Shown here: one piece after another, positions 51,870-64,000 of the stretch
Layout of the letters: every line of letters begins with the position of its first letter
How positions within the stretch are numbered: the stretch's first letter is position 1
Program-made: the position numbers and the translations under genes
NCBI RefSeq assembly: GCF_008831285.2
Contig: NC_045138.2
Location: 12,648,001 to 12,712,000, forward strand
Source: Nymphaea colorata
Taxonomy: Eukaryota
DNA length: 64,000 bases
Direction of reading: 5' to 3'
Notes under the pieces: generated by a model
What the model was told of the DNA's origin: nothing
Database searches by the model: none
What the model saw: only the letters and a program-made list of their open reading frames with translations

Positions 51870-54800
51870 CATTCTGGACAAAGTGAATGCCATGAGAGAA
51901 CAGGCAGGCAGTGCAGAGGTTGTACTTCTTGTTATAGAAGAGGAACTGGTTCCTACGTTGAGTAGTTGGTTTTGCATGGTCCCATGAACCAAAATATGTA
52001 ATTCTATAAAGAAAGCTGTGTCTTAGTACCAAATAGGGCTTCATTCCCCGCCATAAGTCAGGATGGGTGTTGCATATGTATGGCCATTGAGGTCTGAGAG
52101 AAGGGAGTTCTGGGAGAAGCTTCTCATAATTGTGATATTTACAGAATGTACACGCAACCAGCTGAAATGAAAATCTTTGTTCTGTGAGACGGATCTTGCT
52201 TCTCATGCCAAATAGTACATACATAATGGTTGTATTTACAAACAGAAACAAATCATTACAAACAAGACGTCAGCTTTGTCATGGGAAAACATCAGAATAT
52301 GCCTAAGCTGTTCCAGCAGAATGATTTTTACTGTAAGATCCAAAGAGCAAGACTACTGCCAAGAAAGAGAAGTAACTCTTCATGCTTCCATCTCTAAATA
52401 CGAATTACAGTTCCCATGGCTTCATGATGCCCTTAAGCATCCAAGAATACCACTGCTATACCAGGGAGCACGGACATGATACAAGACAGGTAAAAAAGAA
52501 ATTAAATAGCTTCAACAGCATATGCGTTAGGATCCCTAGCCTTTTTGTCATGAAAGCGAGCTGCTGAAGTGGCTTATTTTATGGGATAGAAAATCGACCA
52601 TTGATCTGTAAGAAGAACATGATCAAGCAATGCTTCCCACATTATATCAGTAAATAAGAAGCTGACAACAGATGAATTCATTCATCATCTAGAGATACTA
52701 TGATTTGCATACTGAAACCAGATCCCTTTACATTACACTGCCATTACTCACACCAATGAATTTTTCTCATATTTCACAATCGTCCTTAGAAGCTGGAAAA
52801 TGAAATGTTACCCTAAAAGGATTTTGATCACAAGCATAGTTGCTCATTTCCTTGCATTATGTAACATGATGGAGCAAATTAAATTGCTAAAGCAGTAAGT
52901 ACTGGAAAATATGAAATGAAATTAACGTAACTTTTTATTTATGATCCTTTTCTTGAGTGGGGATCACAGTAGATTGGCCGTACGTTGGTCCAGTCATAGA
53001 TTGCTTTACCTGGGCAAAAAGCCTATAAAGTACCATAAAGTTATCAACTATTAAGGTATTCACCAAAAGAAAAGGTGAAAGGAGAATAAGGGCGGCACAT
53101 TGACAGTTCCCAGTCATCTCCTGAACAGAAATTCATTGTGCTCCTCATCCTATCATAAGCAGGTATTTGCTGCAGCACAGAAGTGTCTGTTCTTAGCAGT
53201 TAAAGTCACAGACAGGACAGATCGCATCTCCTTCATACCAAACGCCAATCTCTTAAATCTAGGAAGGCTTGAACACCACATGTTCCTTCTAGGAAAAGCA
53301 TACTTGTCCTTCAATGCTGATTCTAACAACGTGTTCGGCCACGAATGAGAACTGTTCCTAAATGCTAAAAATGGGAACAACAGAATGGGATCCACATCGA
53401 TCAAGTAGCACAACATTAAGATCTGAGGCCATACAAGATCTTGGGATCTTAAGTACCAAATTTTCAGATCTTTAATTTCTGAGAAGGATCTAAAATTCTT
53501 TATTTGAAAAACATGGATTAGCTAACATGTTTGCATCTTAAAATCCATGAATCTCAAGTGAGATACCCCCTTCCCCTCCTTTTTTGTTTGAAGATCCATG
53601 GATTTGAGGCTTTTAAATTCACGATTCTCAGATCTGTATCTTTCTAAAACAATGGATTTGCAGTGGGCCTCTCGTAAGAATAGATCTTTAGGTCTAGATA
53701 AGGATAGTTAAAGGCCCCCTAAGAAATGGTAAAGAAGTAAACGATATTAAGGAAAGACCAAATGGCAACCGGAAAAGAAGGGGAAGCAGAAGGCCAATGC
53801 TGGTGGAAACCTCGCACTTGTCCTCCTCGGCTTACTGCTTATTCATGGTGAATTTCAGAAGACTTTCAGGGATTTCATGACAAAACTACTTAAATCCGGT
53901 TTCCACGACACTCTAGGGACATGGTGGGCTCCCTCTTGACTGGGGAGAAAACTAAAATGCGGCGAAATTTTCATCAGTCATCCAGTAGAACCAAGTTTAT
54001 TCACTAGATTGGCATTCACAATTTCATTTTCGCTAGTCATTAAACATACTACACAAATAAGACAGCAGAGATTTATCAACGACTACAACTAAGGTGCATG
54101 AAGGCAGGTTCATAGGCTTCTGTTGGTTTGAAACATTATTGATGAATCAGAATCTGCTCCATGGAATGCACATATCTTAAGAGAAAAACTAGAGAGTGGA
54201 GGAGTTGGCAAAGCCCACGCTTAGTTCGACTAATTGCCTTCAATATCTAGATATGTGACCACTTGTTAGTCTTCAAGTGACGTGAACCAGAACCTCTATG
54301 AATCAGATTTCGAGAACTATGCATCGTGTAGACAAGCTACATTTGAAATTTTGTTAATCCCATCATCTACTTTTTTACAAGAAATCTATCCAAGTTTAGT
54401 TTAACTAACAAACATTTAGACAAGTTCAAACTTATCTTTACGGTTTACACATGCATCCTCCCAAAATCTTTTGAAAATATCGCCATGATTGCCTTCTAGC
54501 AACCCCTGGAGAAACAAGCATCGTCACCGTTTCGCTCAAAGAAAAGCTGTTTGTCAGACTAAACGGAAGTGTTCGTCCATCAGCACAGGTCTCAGATTCC
54601 TTCAAGCAGTTCTAACTCCTACATCGTCCACATGTATCAGTTCAGAAACTAATCCTTACCGAGAGTAACACAACCACTTCCATGGCACATTTAGGGATGT
54701 TATAAATAATTCTGGTCAGTTATACTTTACAAATAAAAACCCCAAATCTTAGGGTTGTAGGAGGTGATTTCTCTATCACACGAAGTATACAGAAAGCAAA

Positions 54801-55008
54801 GAGAATCAGCGAACGGGAAAAGGAAAAAGAGAATACGGCCAAAATCCTCATTTGAATTCTTAAAAAAGAGAAACTTGCCAACTTAGAGATATTAAAAAAT
54901 CTGGACGTTCGAAACAACAACTACAAACTGAAGAAATCAGGAAGCAGGGAAAGGAAAGACCAACATAAGAATCCGCTTTGTCTCCTTCTCTCCCTCTAAA
55001 AGTTCCGA

Positions 55009-55233
55009 TTAGGGGCCATTTCCAGGGGATGGGGTATCATTTCCATCTCCTGCGGCGAAGCGGTCCTGATGAGGATTCGGTTTGTCAACCGTTTTACTGC
55101 GTCTGCGGCGGAAGGAGTGGACAGCAAAGTCCACGACCACCCAACCGAATGCGAGCGCCGCAAAGACGATTCCTGCATCCTTCAGGCTCTTCTTCTTGGC
55201 CTCTCGCTCCCTCCAACTTTCTTCCACTACCAC

Positions 55234-55236
<3 letters not shown>
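55009..55236 (-). CDS. OEP7: Chloroplast outer envelope membrane protein 7-like small protein (75 aa)
   Basis: AGIVFAALAFGWVVVDFAVHSFRRRRSKTVDKPNPHQD resembles OEP7 as I recall it ([38 protein letters not shown]): one N-terminal TM segment followed by a basic flank. Preceded by a GA-repeat 5' UTR. Confidence 0.78.
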
Positions 55237-55272
<36 letters not shown>

Positions 55273-55559
55273 GAAAACGAGAAGACATGCAATGCTATCT
55301 GCATCTGCATCTGCACCTGCAGACCGATGTTTAACTTGGAAGTGTCTGGATTGGGCTTGAGTTCGGTTCTCAGTGGATCTTGTAGCTGGTTCTGGAAATG
55401 AAGCTGTCTCATACCCACGTTTTAGTGTTCGACAGCAACATTCTTTTCATTTACTTTTAAGGGGGTAATTTTGAGTTTATAATTAAAATTTCAAAAATAA
55501 AATTTCCAATTTCAGTTTACTTTTGTGTTTGATATCTTAGAATTTTCATTTGAAAATTG

Positions 55560-55805
55560 GAATAACGTGTTTAATAAAATAGGAGTTAAAATTCTAGAAT
55601 TAAAACCATCATGACATATGCCCTCAAACGATGAAAAATTCTAAAACTTTGAAATTATAATCCTACCCCTCTATGGTAAAATCATAATTTTGAAATTTTG
55701 ATTCAATAGATGATCTATAATTTTGGAATCAAAATTCCCTGTTTCATAACACAATTTTCGTTTCATCAAAAATGAGAATTTTAATTTTAAAATCTCATAA
55801 TTATG
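55560..55805 (-). mobile_element. Second copy of the AT-rich MITE-like repeat at 33670-33970
   Basis: Reverse-complement similarity to 33690-33965. Confidence 0.6.
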
Positions 55806-57209
55806 ATCATTTTTTAGTCTAGGATATTTTCAGCCATCCCACATCTATGGTTTAGTGTTCCAACAACAACATTTGTTTTGATTCTTTTACTTAAAGGGGT
55901 GAAATCCATGAATTTGAAGTGGCGTGCTTTTGCTCATGTAGAAAAAACTTCACAATAAGATTCACGGTTCATCAAACAAAAAATTTAAGTCTGAATACTT
56001 TACTTTGCCTCTTTTAGAAGGAGAGTTCTCGATCTTAAATCTACGGTTTTTAAATCAAACATTTCTTCAATCTTAATGGGTATAGTGTAGCTGGCTGGGT
56101 TAGGAGCATGTTAAAAGTATGTTTATAGTTTGATTTTCGTGGGTGTTGTGCATCTTAACTCTTAAGGTGTTAGGGTGTGACATACAAGTTGACAGGTGCA
56201 CAAAGAAAATGAAAAGACTTTTAAACTTCTTTTTGAATGGTAGGGATGAACCTCTCCCTTTCTAAAAATCAAACACCCCTTGCATTTTTTTCATTTTTTC
56301 TCACAAATATAGTAAAACTGCCTTTTCATTTAAAATAATTGAGAAAACGAATATATCATGTATAATGAACTTTAGGACACAGGCCGTGAAACCACCTGAA
56401 ATCACCATATCAAGAAAAACTCTTGAACAAACCTTTTAAAAAAATTATAATAAACATGGAAACAACACAAAATATGACTTCTGAATGTTCATGGAGCGAA
56501 GGACAAACATTCTTAAACTTTTGTGGTGGCAAAAAGAATATACGAAAAAAGAAAATAAATAAAAAACAATTAAGCAGTACAATAGAAGTATTGGAGTGCT
56601 GATCACGATTGCCTTGGACCTCCTTGACCACACAAATAACAGGTGCCATGTTAAAATCATCCCCTATCCTTAAAATTGTATTTACTTATTTAGCCATCAA
56701 AAGGTACTTTTTATCTCTAGATCGATACAGATCAATATAAATTTCGCAAACTCAATTCAAAATATTAAAAGTTAGCTTTACACAACAAATATACACTCAA
56801 TAGAAAAAAAAAGTAGGGGATTGAGCTATTTTAGGATTTTATATATATATATATATGTGTGTGTGTGTTTTAAACTTTTAACATTTTCACAATCTCATTT
56901 TCATCTTTCTAAAAAAGCTTCTTGTTTTACTATATCACATGTATTTTGGTTATTACACACCTCTACCACGTAACCAATTTCGAAGAGAAGAGGAGGGCTT
57001 TGTTTTGTTGGATAATTCATCCTCGCCTATAGATCAGTCGACATTTTTCAAAAATCTTACGAAGAGAACCTCTTATTTTCAAATTTGTTGTTCCTTAATT
57101 CTGAATCTACTCTTTGAAAGAAAATAAGTCTCTTTTCTTTAGTTCACCTTAAGTTAGTGTTTCAGCATCAAAACTTATCCCCATCAAAATTTAAATACCT
57201 AATCGTTTG

Positions 57210-60063
57210 TGTCACACCCCGACCTTTTTGACAGTCAAAACATTTTTTTTTTTCATTCAACATCGAGGTGTGACTACACAACATTTTAAAAGAAATGAGC
57301 CAAGCAATTCCAAACAATGGGGCAAGCTTTCCATTATATAGCATTTCAGTTCAACAATATATTCGACAAAAATGCCCCAAAATCACAACATCGATGCCTA
57401 ATAAAAAACAAGGCATCAGTAAAACCAAAACCCGACGCGCCGGCATTATAAAAACCGAAACCCAAAACCTCCCCAGTAGGACGTGCGTGTAGCCATCTGC
57501 TCAGCCTGCTGTCCCGGGTCCACCAAAACCTGAAAAAAAAAGAAACAACTGAAGACTTAGCCTTCGCAGTATGGCAACAAGACAGGAAAAGTCCAAACCC
57601 TCTTAGGTAGGGCTCAAATATACAAGCAAACATCAGAACAATCTATCATTATGTCGTGTCAGGACACGACATGCAGAGGTCACTCAATGGCTACAATAAC
57701 ATAATTTCAATCACATGCAAGGCATCCTCAACATGTCACTTGCATTCATAAGCACAGTAGTCACAAGCACAACAATCCTGTACATTTCAATCACATACAT
57801 TTCAGTTTCATTACTATCAGTGAATTTACAGTTCCTGTTGGTGCAAACACAGGCACGTGCACACCGCGGGCGGCCCACAGCCGAGAGACAACCCCCATGG
57901 TAGCCCAGAACAGTATGGATCCATCTATCCGCTGCACCGGTAGAGCACTCATCCATGGATGTGTAAATTCCAATGAAAGATACTCAGCCTTCCCTAGGAC
58001 ACCCAGGTTGGGAAGGCGGGAGCCTACGCTCCAAGCACATTACACAACAGTATCCTGGGGCCTTGCACCGCCTGCGCTCCGAACAGGCGAGACCAGTGGC
58101 GAAAGCGAGACAACTCCCAAACACATAGTCACATCCCACTGGCCTCTCATCTCTTATTCTTTCATTCTTATACTTATACTTGCACAAACACAATTAACTG
58201 GCTAGCTCATGGGGTTGGCTCACTTCACGAGTGAACTCACACCTCCAATTGCTTCCACACGAGGGTTACACATAACCACAACAGTTTTGGCTAGCCGTCA
58301 TAACAATATGGGTACAACTACCCTCTGTGCAATCATTTGCATCATTACCCGCGGCAATGTGTATTCAATAAACATAACATTCACATTCATCATTATAACA
58401 ATCACATCTTTGAAAACTTAGCCAAACCACAGAGAGTAGTCTCAATCTGTGGTGGGCTCGTAGCTGTCCTATGCAGTTATCATTCTACGATGCTTTCTAA
58501 TGCACAATTGGGGTCGAGGAGACACTCGACTCGATACCCCGCCTCATCTGTCCTAAACAGTTATCAATTCTAGCATGCACATGCAAATGCGTAACATTAT
58601 CAAAACAATTACTATAAGCCTTTCAAAACAATTCATATCATATATCAATTTATGTACATGCATACACACATTCATTCACGGAACACTCAATCAATTCACA
58701 TCACAAATCCTAGGATCATGGGATACTAGGAACACACATTCATTCACTTGCCCAGGCAGGGATTTGCCTGTAATGTCGACATACCTGTGGCGCGTTCACA
58801 AGAATCTTTAAAATGCCTCGAGCTTCGAATCTGGTAGCTCAAGGTCGACGGGACATACCCAGTGTACATGCAGATACAAACACAAGATAAGATTCCTACT
58901 ACATACCTCAACAATTCAAACAAAAACAAAACAAAATCATTGAGGCACGTGTCATCGCCTCAAGAGGGTGTCGACGGGTAGTGTCGACCCACGAGTTCTC
59001 CAATAGGTCACTTCCCAACTTCTAGCCGTGCCAACAAATGTCAAAACTCAAAGCCATCAATCCGTCTATCACTAACGCCTTTCTCAAAACTTTCTTTTTC
59101 TTTAATCAAGGCACCTCCAACTTACGTACGCTTTTCCTATTGCTTCAAAAATTAACCCATCATGCCAAAATGGTCATTAAATACACGAATTATCGCTTTT
59201 CCAACCTAATCCTACACTTTCCCAAATACAAAATCTCTAACATGCATCCCAAACCATCAATCCTACTTTCTAGCATGCTCAAACAATAATTATATATGCT
59301 CTACTCTATAATGTCCAATAATCTAAGCTCAAATAGGCCTTGCTCACCCCAAACTAAGCGTTTATACTGCTGTGACGCCTCCAACAGCCACCTCAAGCGT
59401 ACAGTCGTCCCCGAATGGCAGAAATCGTGCCAAGCCGCCACCACCAACACCACTTAAACGCTGATACGAGGGGGAGAACACGTTCCCCAACTGGAATCCT
59501 AACAAACAGTGATGAAATCCATGAGAAAGAGTGCTCGGTTGGAGAAAAATGGAGAAACAATTTGAAAATGGAGAGAAAGACCCAATTTGGGGACGTGAGG
59601 CAAGGGGAAGGTGTTGACCAAAGGGGCGGACAAAAGAAAGAACGAAGGGAGGAGGGTTCAGACAGAAATGGGGAAGAAGGGCAGTGAGAGGAGAGGACGG
59701 GAGAGAAGAGAGAGACGGTGAGAGTGAGGAAAGGGATTGTGTGAAGAAGAGGGCACGAGAGAAAAGAGGGAGACGGCCAGAGAGAGTCGTTCAGTGGAGA
59801 GGGGAGACGAGAGACAGTGGGAGAGCGAGGAGAGAGGAAGAGGCAGGGGACGACAGGGTTCACTTCAAGCTTCGTCGTCGTCGTCGTCGCCGCCTTCTTC
59901 TTCCCTGAGTTCCGGTCGTGGGTAAGGAAGAGGCGGTAAGAGGAAAACGGAGGAGAAGAGAAAGCGAGGGAGGAGGGACAGCGTCGGGCTCCTCTCGCGT
60001 GGGGCTAGGGTCCTGGTCTGGACCCCGACCTGACCCGCTCTGCCCAAAACGCCGCGCGTTACA
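57210..60063 (-). repeat. 3' LTR of the Tekay-like element (~2.85 kb)
   Basis: Begins TGTCACACCCCG and ends GCGTTACA directly next to the PPT. Short terminal inverted repeat TGTCAC/GTTACA. Confidence 0.85.
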
Positions 60064-60110
60064 TCCTACCCTCCTAAAAAAAAATTTCGCCCCCAAAATT
60101 AGATCATACC

Positions 60111-63100
60111 TCAATGCAAGAACAAGTGCGAATATCTCTTCCGCATGTCCTCCTCAGGTTCCCATGTGCTCTCCTTCAATCCATGGTACTGCCATTCCAC
60201 CTTCACTAAAGGAATTCTCTTCGTGCGAAGCACTTGCTCTCTTCGATCCACAATTCTAATAGGTTTTTCTTTCATTGTCAGATCATCTTGCACCTGAATA
60301 CCTTGAAAATCAATCACATGTGTCGGATTTGGTACGTACTTTCGAAGCATGGAAACATGAAAAACGTCATGAACATGACTCAAGTCTGGTGGTAGTGCCA
60401 ATCTATAGGCCACCTCTCCAATCTTCTTTAATATCTCAAAAGGTCCTACGAACCTCGGGCTCAACTTTCCCTTCACACCAAAACGAAAAACACCTCTAGT
60501 AGGGAAAATCTTCAAAAACACATGATCACTAACCTCAAAAGACAATTCTCTACGACGAATGTCGGCATAGCTTTTTTGTCTACTCTGAGCAGTCAACAAC
60601 TTTTTCCTTATCAATTGCACTTGGTCGGTGTAGTGTTGCAAAACTAAAGGGTTTTCGATTTTACCATCACCCAATTCGGTCCAACAAACTGGCGATCTGC
60701 ACGGCCTTCCATACAAAGCCTCAAAAGGTGTCATCCCAATACTAGAGTGGTAACTGTTATTATATGCAAATTCTGCCAGTCTCACATGTTTGTCACATTC
60801 TCCTTTCCACTCTAAGACACATGCACGCAACATGTCCTCTAAGGTCTGAATGGTCCTCTCTGATTGCCCATCAGTTTGGGGGTGGAACGCTGTGCTTAGC
60901 TTAAGCTTGGTACTCAAAGCCTTCTGCAATTGCCCCCAAAATCTAGAGGTAAAATGTGGATATCGATCCGAAATGATAGACCTTGGCACACCATGCAATC
61001 TCACTATCTCGCCAATATATAACTCTGCGAGACTTTCCAAAGACTGATTAATTCTAATAGACAAAAAATAAGCGGACTTCGTCAGTCGATCAACAATCAC
61101 TCATATGGCATCATGTTGTCTTCGGGTGTGAGGCAATCCAACCACAAAATCCATTGTAATGTCTTCCCATTTCCACACCGGGATATCGATTCTCTGCAAC
61201 AAGCCTCCGGACCGTTGATGCTCTGCTTTTACCTGTTGACAAACTAAGCACTTTACCACATATTCTGCAATTTCACGCTTCATTTCAGGCCACCAAAATT
61301 TTCTCTTCATATCCTGAAACATCTTTGTACTGCCAGGGTGTATAGAAAACTTAGATTTATGAGCTTCATCAAGCAACCGTCGCTTCACCCCTTCATCTCT
61401 AGGGACCCACAATCTATGTCGAAACCGCAATGAACCATCTTCATCTTGATGCCAAAAAGCATCTACCTTCTTACACTCTTCCACGTTCTTAGCAAAATCA
61501 GGATCTTCCTTTTGCTTCAATACAAGCTCTTCCATCAAAGGGTGTTGTATCACGGCACTCATCGTTACTTTGTTCTCGTCACAAAGGTAAGGTTGCCATG
61601 CTATCACATCTTGTAACAAATTCCAAGAACATGCTAACATACTGTACATCGTTGCCTTAGCTTGCCTGCTCAAAGCATCAACCACCACATTCGCCTTGCC
61701 TGGATGATATGATATCGTGAAATCATAATCCTTTAGGTATTCAATCCATCTTCTTTGCCTCAAATTAAGATCCCTTTGGGAGAATATATATTTCAAAGAC
61801 TTGTGATCTGTAAACACTTCAAATGTTGCCCCATAGAGATAATGCCTCCAAATCTTTAGTGCAAACACAACTGCTCCCAACTCCAAATCATGAGTGGGAT
61901 AGTGTTGTTCGTGTGTCTTCAACTACCTTGATGCATAAGCCACCACACGGCCATGTTGCATCAGTACACAACCATAATTGATTCCTGATGCATCTGTGTA
62001 CAGTACAAAACCCGAATGACCTGATGGAAGTGTCAGAATAGGAGCAGCAGTAAGCTTGTCCTTCAGAGTTTGAAAACTCCTCTCACACTCTTCATTCCAA
62101 ATAAACTTCACTCCTTTTCTCAATAGCTTAGTCATTGGTGTATCTATTTTCGAAATGTCTTGTATGAACCTGCGATAATATCCTGCCAATCCCAAAAAGC
62201 TTCTAACATCGATTACACTGCATGGCGCCTCCAGTCCTGCACAGCTGACACCTTAGCCGGATCGACGGATACTCCATCCTTAAAGATTACATGACCCAGA
62301 AAGTTTACCTTCTCTAGCCAAAATTCACATTTTGAATACTTGGCATATAACTTATGCTTGCGCAAAAGACCCAATACACTTCTCAAGTGATCTCTATGCT
62401 TTGTCACACTCTCTGAGTATACCAAAATATCATCAACAAAAACAATAAGAAATCGATCCAAGAACTCTTGGAAAACCTGATTCATGAGGTCCATGAACAC
62501 TGCGGGAGCATTAGTCAACCCAAAAGGCATGACCCTGAATTCATAGTGCTCATATCTGGTTCGAAAAGCAGTCTTAGCAACATCTTCCTCCCGTATCAAG
62601 AGTTGATGATAACCTGTCCTCAGATCGATCTTGGAGAAAACATTTGCATCCTTAAGCTGATCAAACAAGTCTTTGATTCTAGGAAGCGGATACTTATTGT
62701 TGATGGTGACTTGATTCAACATGCGGTAGTCAATACACAAACGCATTGTCTCATCTTTCTTCTTCACAAACAACACTGGTGCTCCCCACGGTGACACACT
62801 AGGTCGGATGAAGCCCTTGTCTAAGAGCTCCTGCAGTTGCTTCTTCAATTCTTCTAACTCTGCTGGTGCCATACGATAGGGTGCCTTAAAAATAGGAGTT
62901 GTTCCTGGTGACAACTCTATCTTGAACTCCACTTCTCGTGTTGGAGGCAAACTTGACAGTTCCTCAGAAAACACATCAGGGTACTCATTCACAACCGCCA
63001 CATCCAGTAACCTCACTGGTTCCGTCTCATTGGTCAACACATTGACCAAGAAAGCAACACTTCCATTTTCTATCAACCGTTTAGCTTTCAATGCAGACAC

Positions 63101-64000
63101 CATTATCTTATCAGTTCGACTGGCCTTACGAGCATGAAACTCCACAGGTTGCATTTCATCAGTCAACAACTGTATCTGCTTCTTCCTGCAATCTATATTA
63201 GCATAATGCGCATATAACCAATCCATACCCAAAATCACATCAAATTCGTTAAAACTCATGATCACCAACTGTGCAGGTAAGTGATGTTGATGGATCTCCA
63301 CGTCCACATCAGATAGATACTCACTACACGACTCTTGAGCATGCATAGGGCTAACAACTTTCAAGACATACGGCATCTTCCTAGCAGACACTTCTAGTGA
63401 AGTAGCAAATCGACTAGATATAAATGAATGGGTCGCCCTAGCATCAAACAACACTCTAGCAATATGAGAACCAACAAGTAAAGTACCTTCAACAAGGTCG
63501 TGTGCCTGCAGCTCCTCCACGGTAGTAGCATAGACACGTCCAGTCGTCTGTCGTGCGCTAGAAGGACCGGCCTCTGGCTTCTTCAACTCTCTTTCTTTCT
63601 TTAAGGGACAATCCTTGATAAAGTGCCCCATCCTTCCACAGTGTAAGCAAGCTCCGATCTCTCGATAGCATGGCTTCCCAGGGTGCACACGTGAACAAGT
63701 AGGGCACCTCTGAGAAGTCGGAGTGGCCACTGACCCCTGGGTAGCCTCACTACGGGTTGGCTGGTTCCGTCTGAAGGTTCGGTCATCCCGCCTCTCATAA
63801 GGCCTTGTCCTGCCAGCAAAGTGGTGGCGCTTCACCTGTGTTCGTCCACCTTGTGAATGCTGGTCTGCTTTCTTCTGGTGATCCTTCTGTGTCCTCGCCC
63901 AGTCTTCTTCTATACATCTTGCCATAGTGACCGCCTCGTCCAAGTCACGAGGTCTGCTCGTCAAAACTTTGCTTCGCAGTCCCTCCCGCAGACCGCGCAC
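60111..64000 (-). pseudogene. Disrupted gypsy gag-pol
   Basis: In-frame stops at 61923-61925 and 61101-61103, a frameshift near 62200-62230, and protease D-S/T-G changed to DAR. Confidence 0.9.

Larger units (their letters stand above)
57210..64000 (-). mobile_element. Ty3/gypsy chromovirus (Tekay/Del-like), 3' portion; continues beyond the window
   Basis: Gag zinc knuckle [14 protein letters not shown], protease [35 protein letters not shown], RNase [15 protein letters not shown], integrase [21 protein letters not shown]-terminal chromodomain. PPT AGGAGGGTAGGA (minus, 60064-60075). Confidence 0.95.

Noticed and set aside
52035..52052. miR166-like GCTTCATTCCCC (also miR169-like at ~14940 and miR171-like at ~19655)
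   Set aside because: Partial matches of about 11-13 nt with no hairpin; expected by chance.
51847..53416. Short ORFs downstream of the PPR gene
   Set aside because: No recognisable domains; probably UTR or intergenic sequence.
57295..60047. Many short ORFs in 57.3-60 kb
   Set aside because: They lie within the gypsy LTR and reflect low-complexity GA/CT-rich sequence.

Overview
Plant (angiosperm) nuclear DNA, AT-rich and transposon-dense, with no rRNA, true tRNA or CRISPR. Three recognisable host genes, each a single ORF: a VQ-motif protein (28375-28899, -), a PLS/E-class PPR protein (50199-51869, +) and a small OEP7-like chloroplast outer-envelope protein (55009-55236, -). Mobile elements include: (1) an intact, very young Ty1/copia (Ale/Retrofit-like) element at 39298-44785 with 425-bp LTRs differing at 2 sites and a TTGAG TSD, nested in a decayed gypsy element; (2) an old copia element at 3124-9100 interrupted by a hAT-type MITE and a ~540-bp foreign insert; (3) the 3' part of a Tekay/Del chromovirus with a 2.85-kb LTR at 57210-64000; (4) a LINE relic, a candidate tRNA-derived SINE, a CACTA-like terminus and several MITEs. 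The most unusual signals are a mosaic of unrelated host-gene fragments (a HIPP/HMA exon fused to the last exon of calcyclin-binding protein) head-to-head with the PPR gene, perfect 34/30-bp palindromes in the young copia LTR, and a duplicated ~1.1-kb gypsy/copia/unknown chimeric block. All family assignments come from motif recognition by eye; no searches were run.
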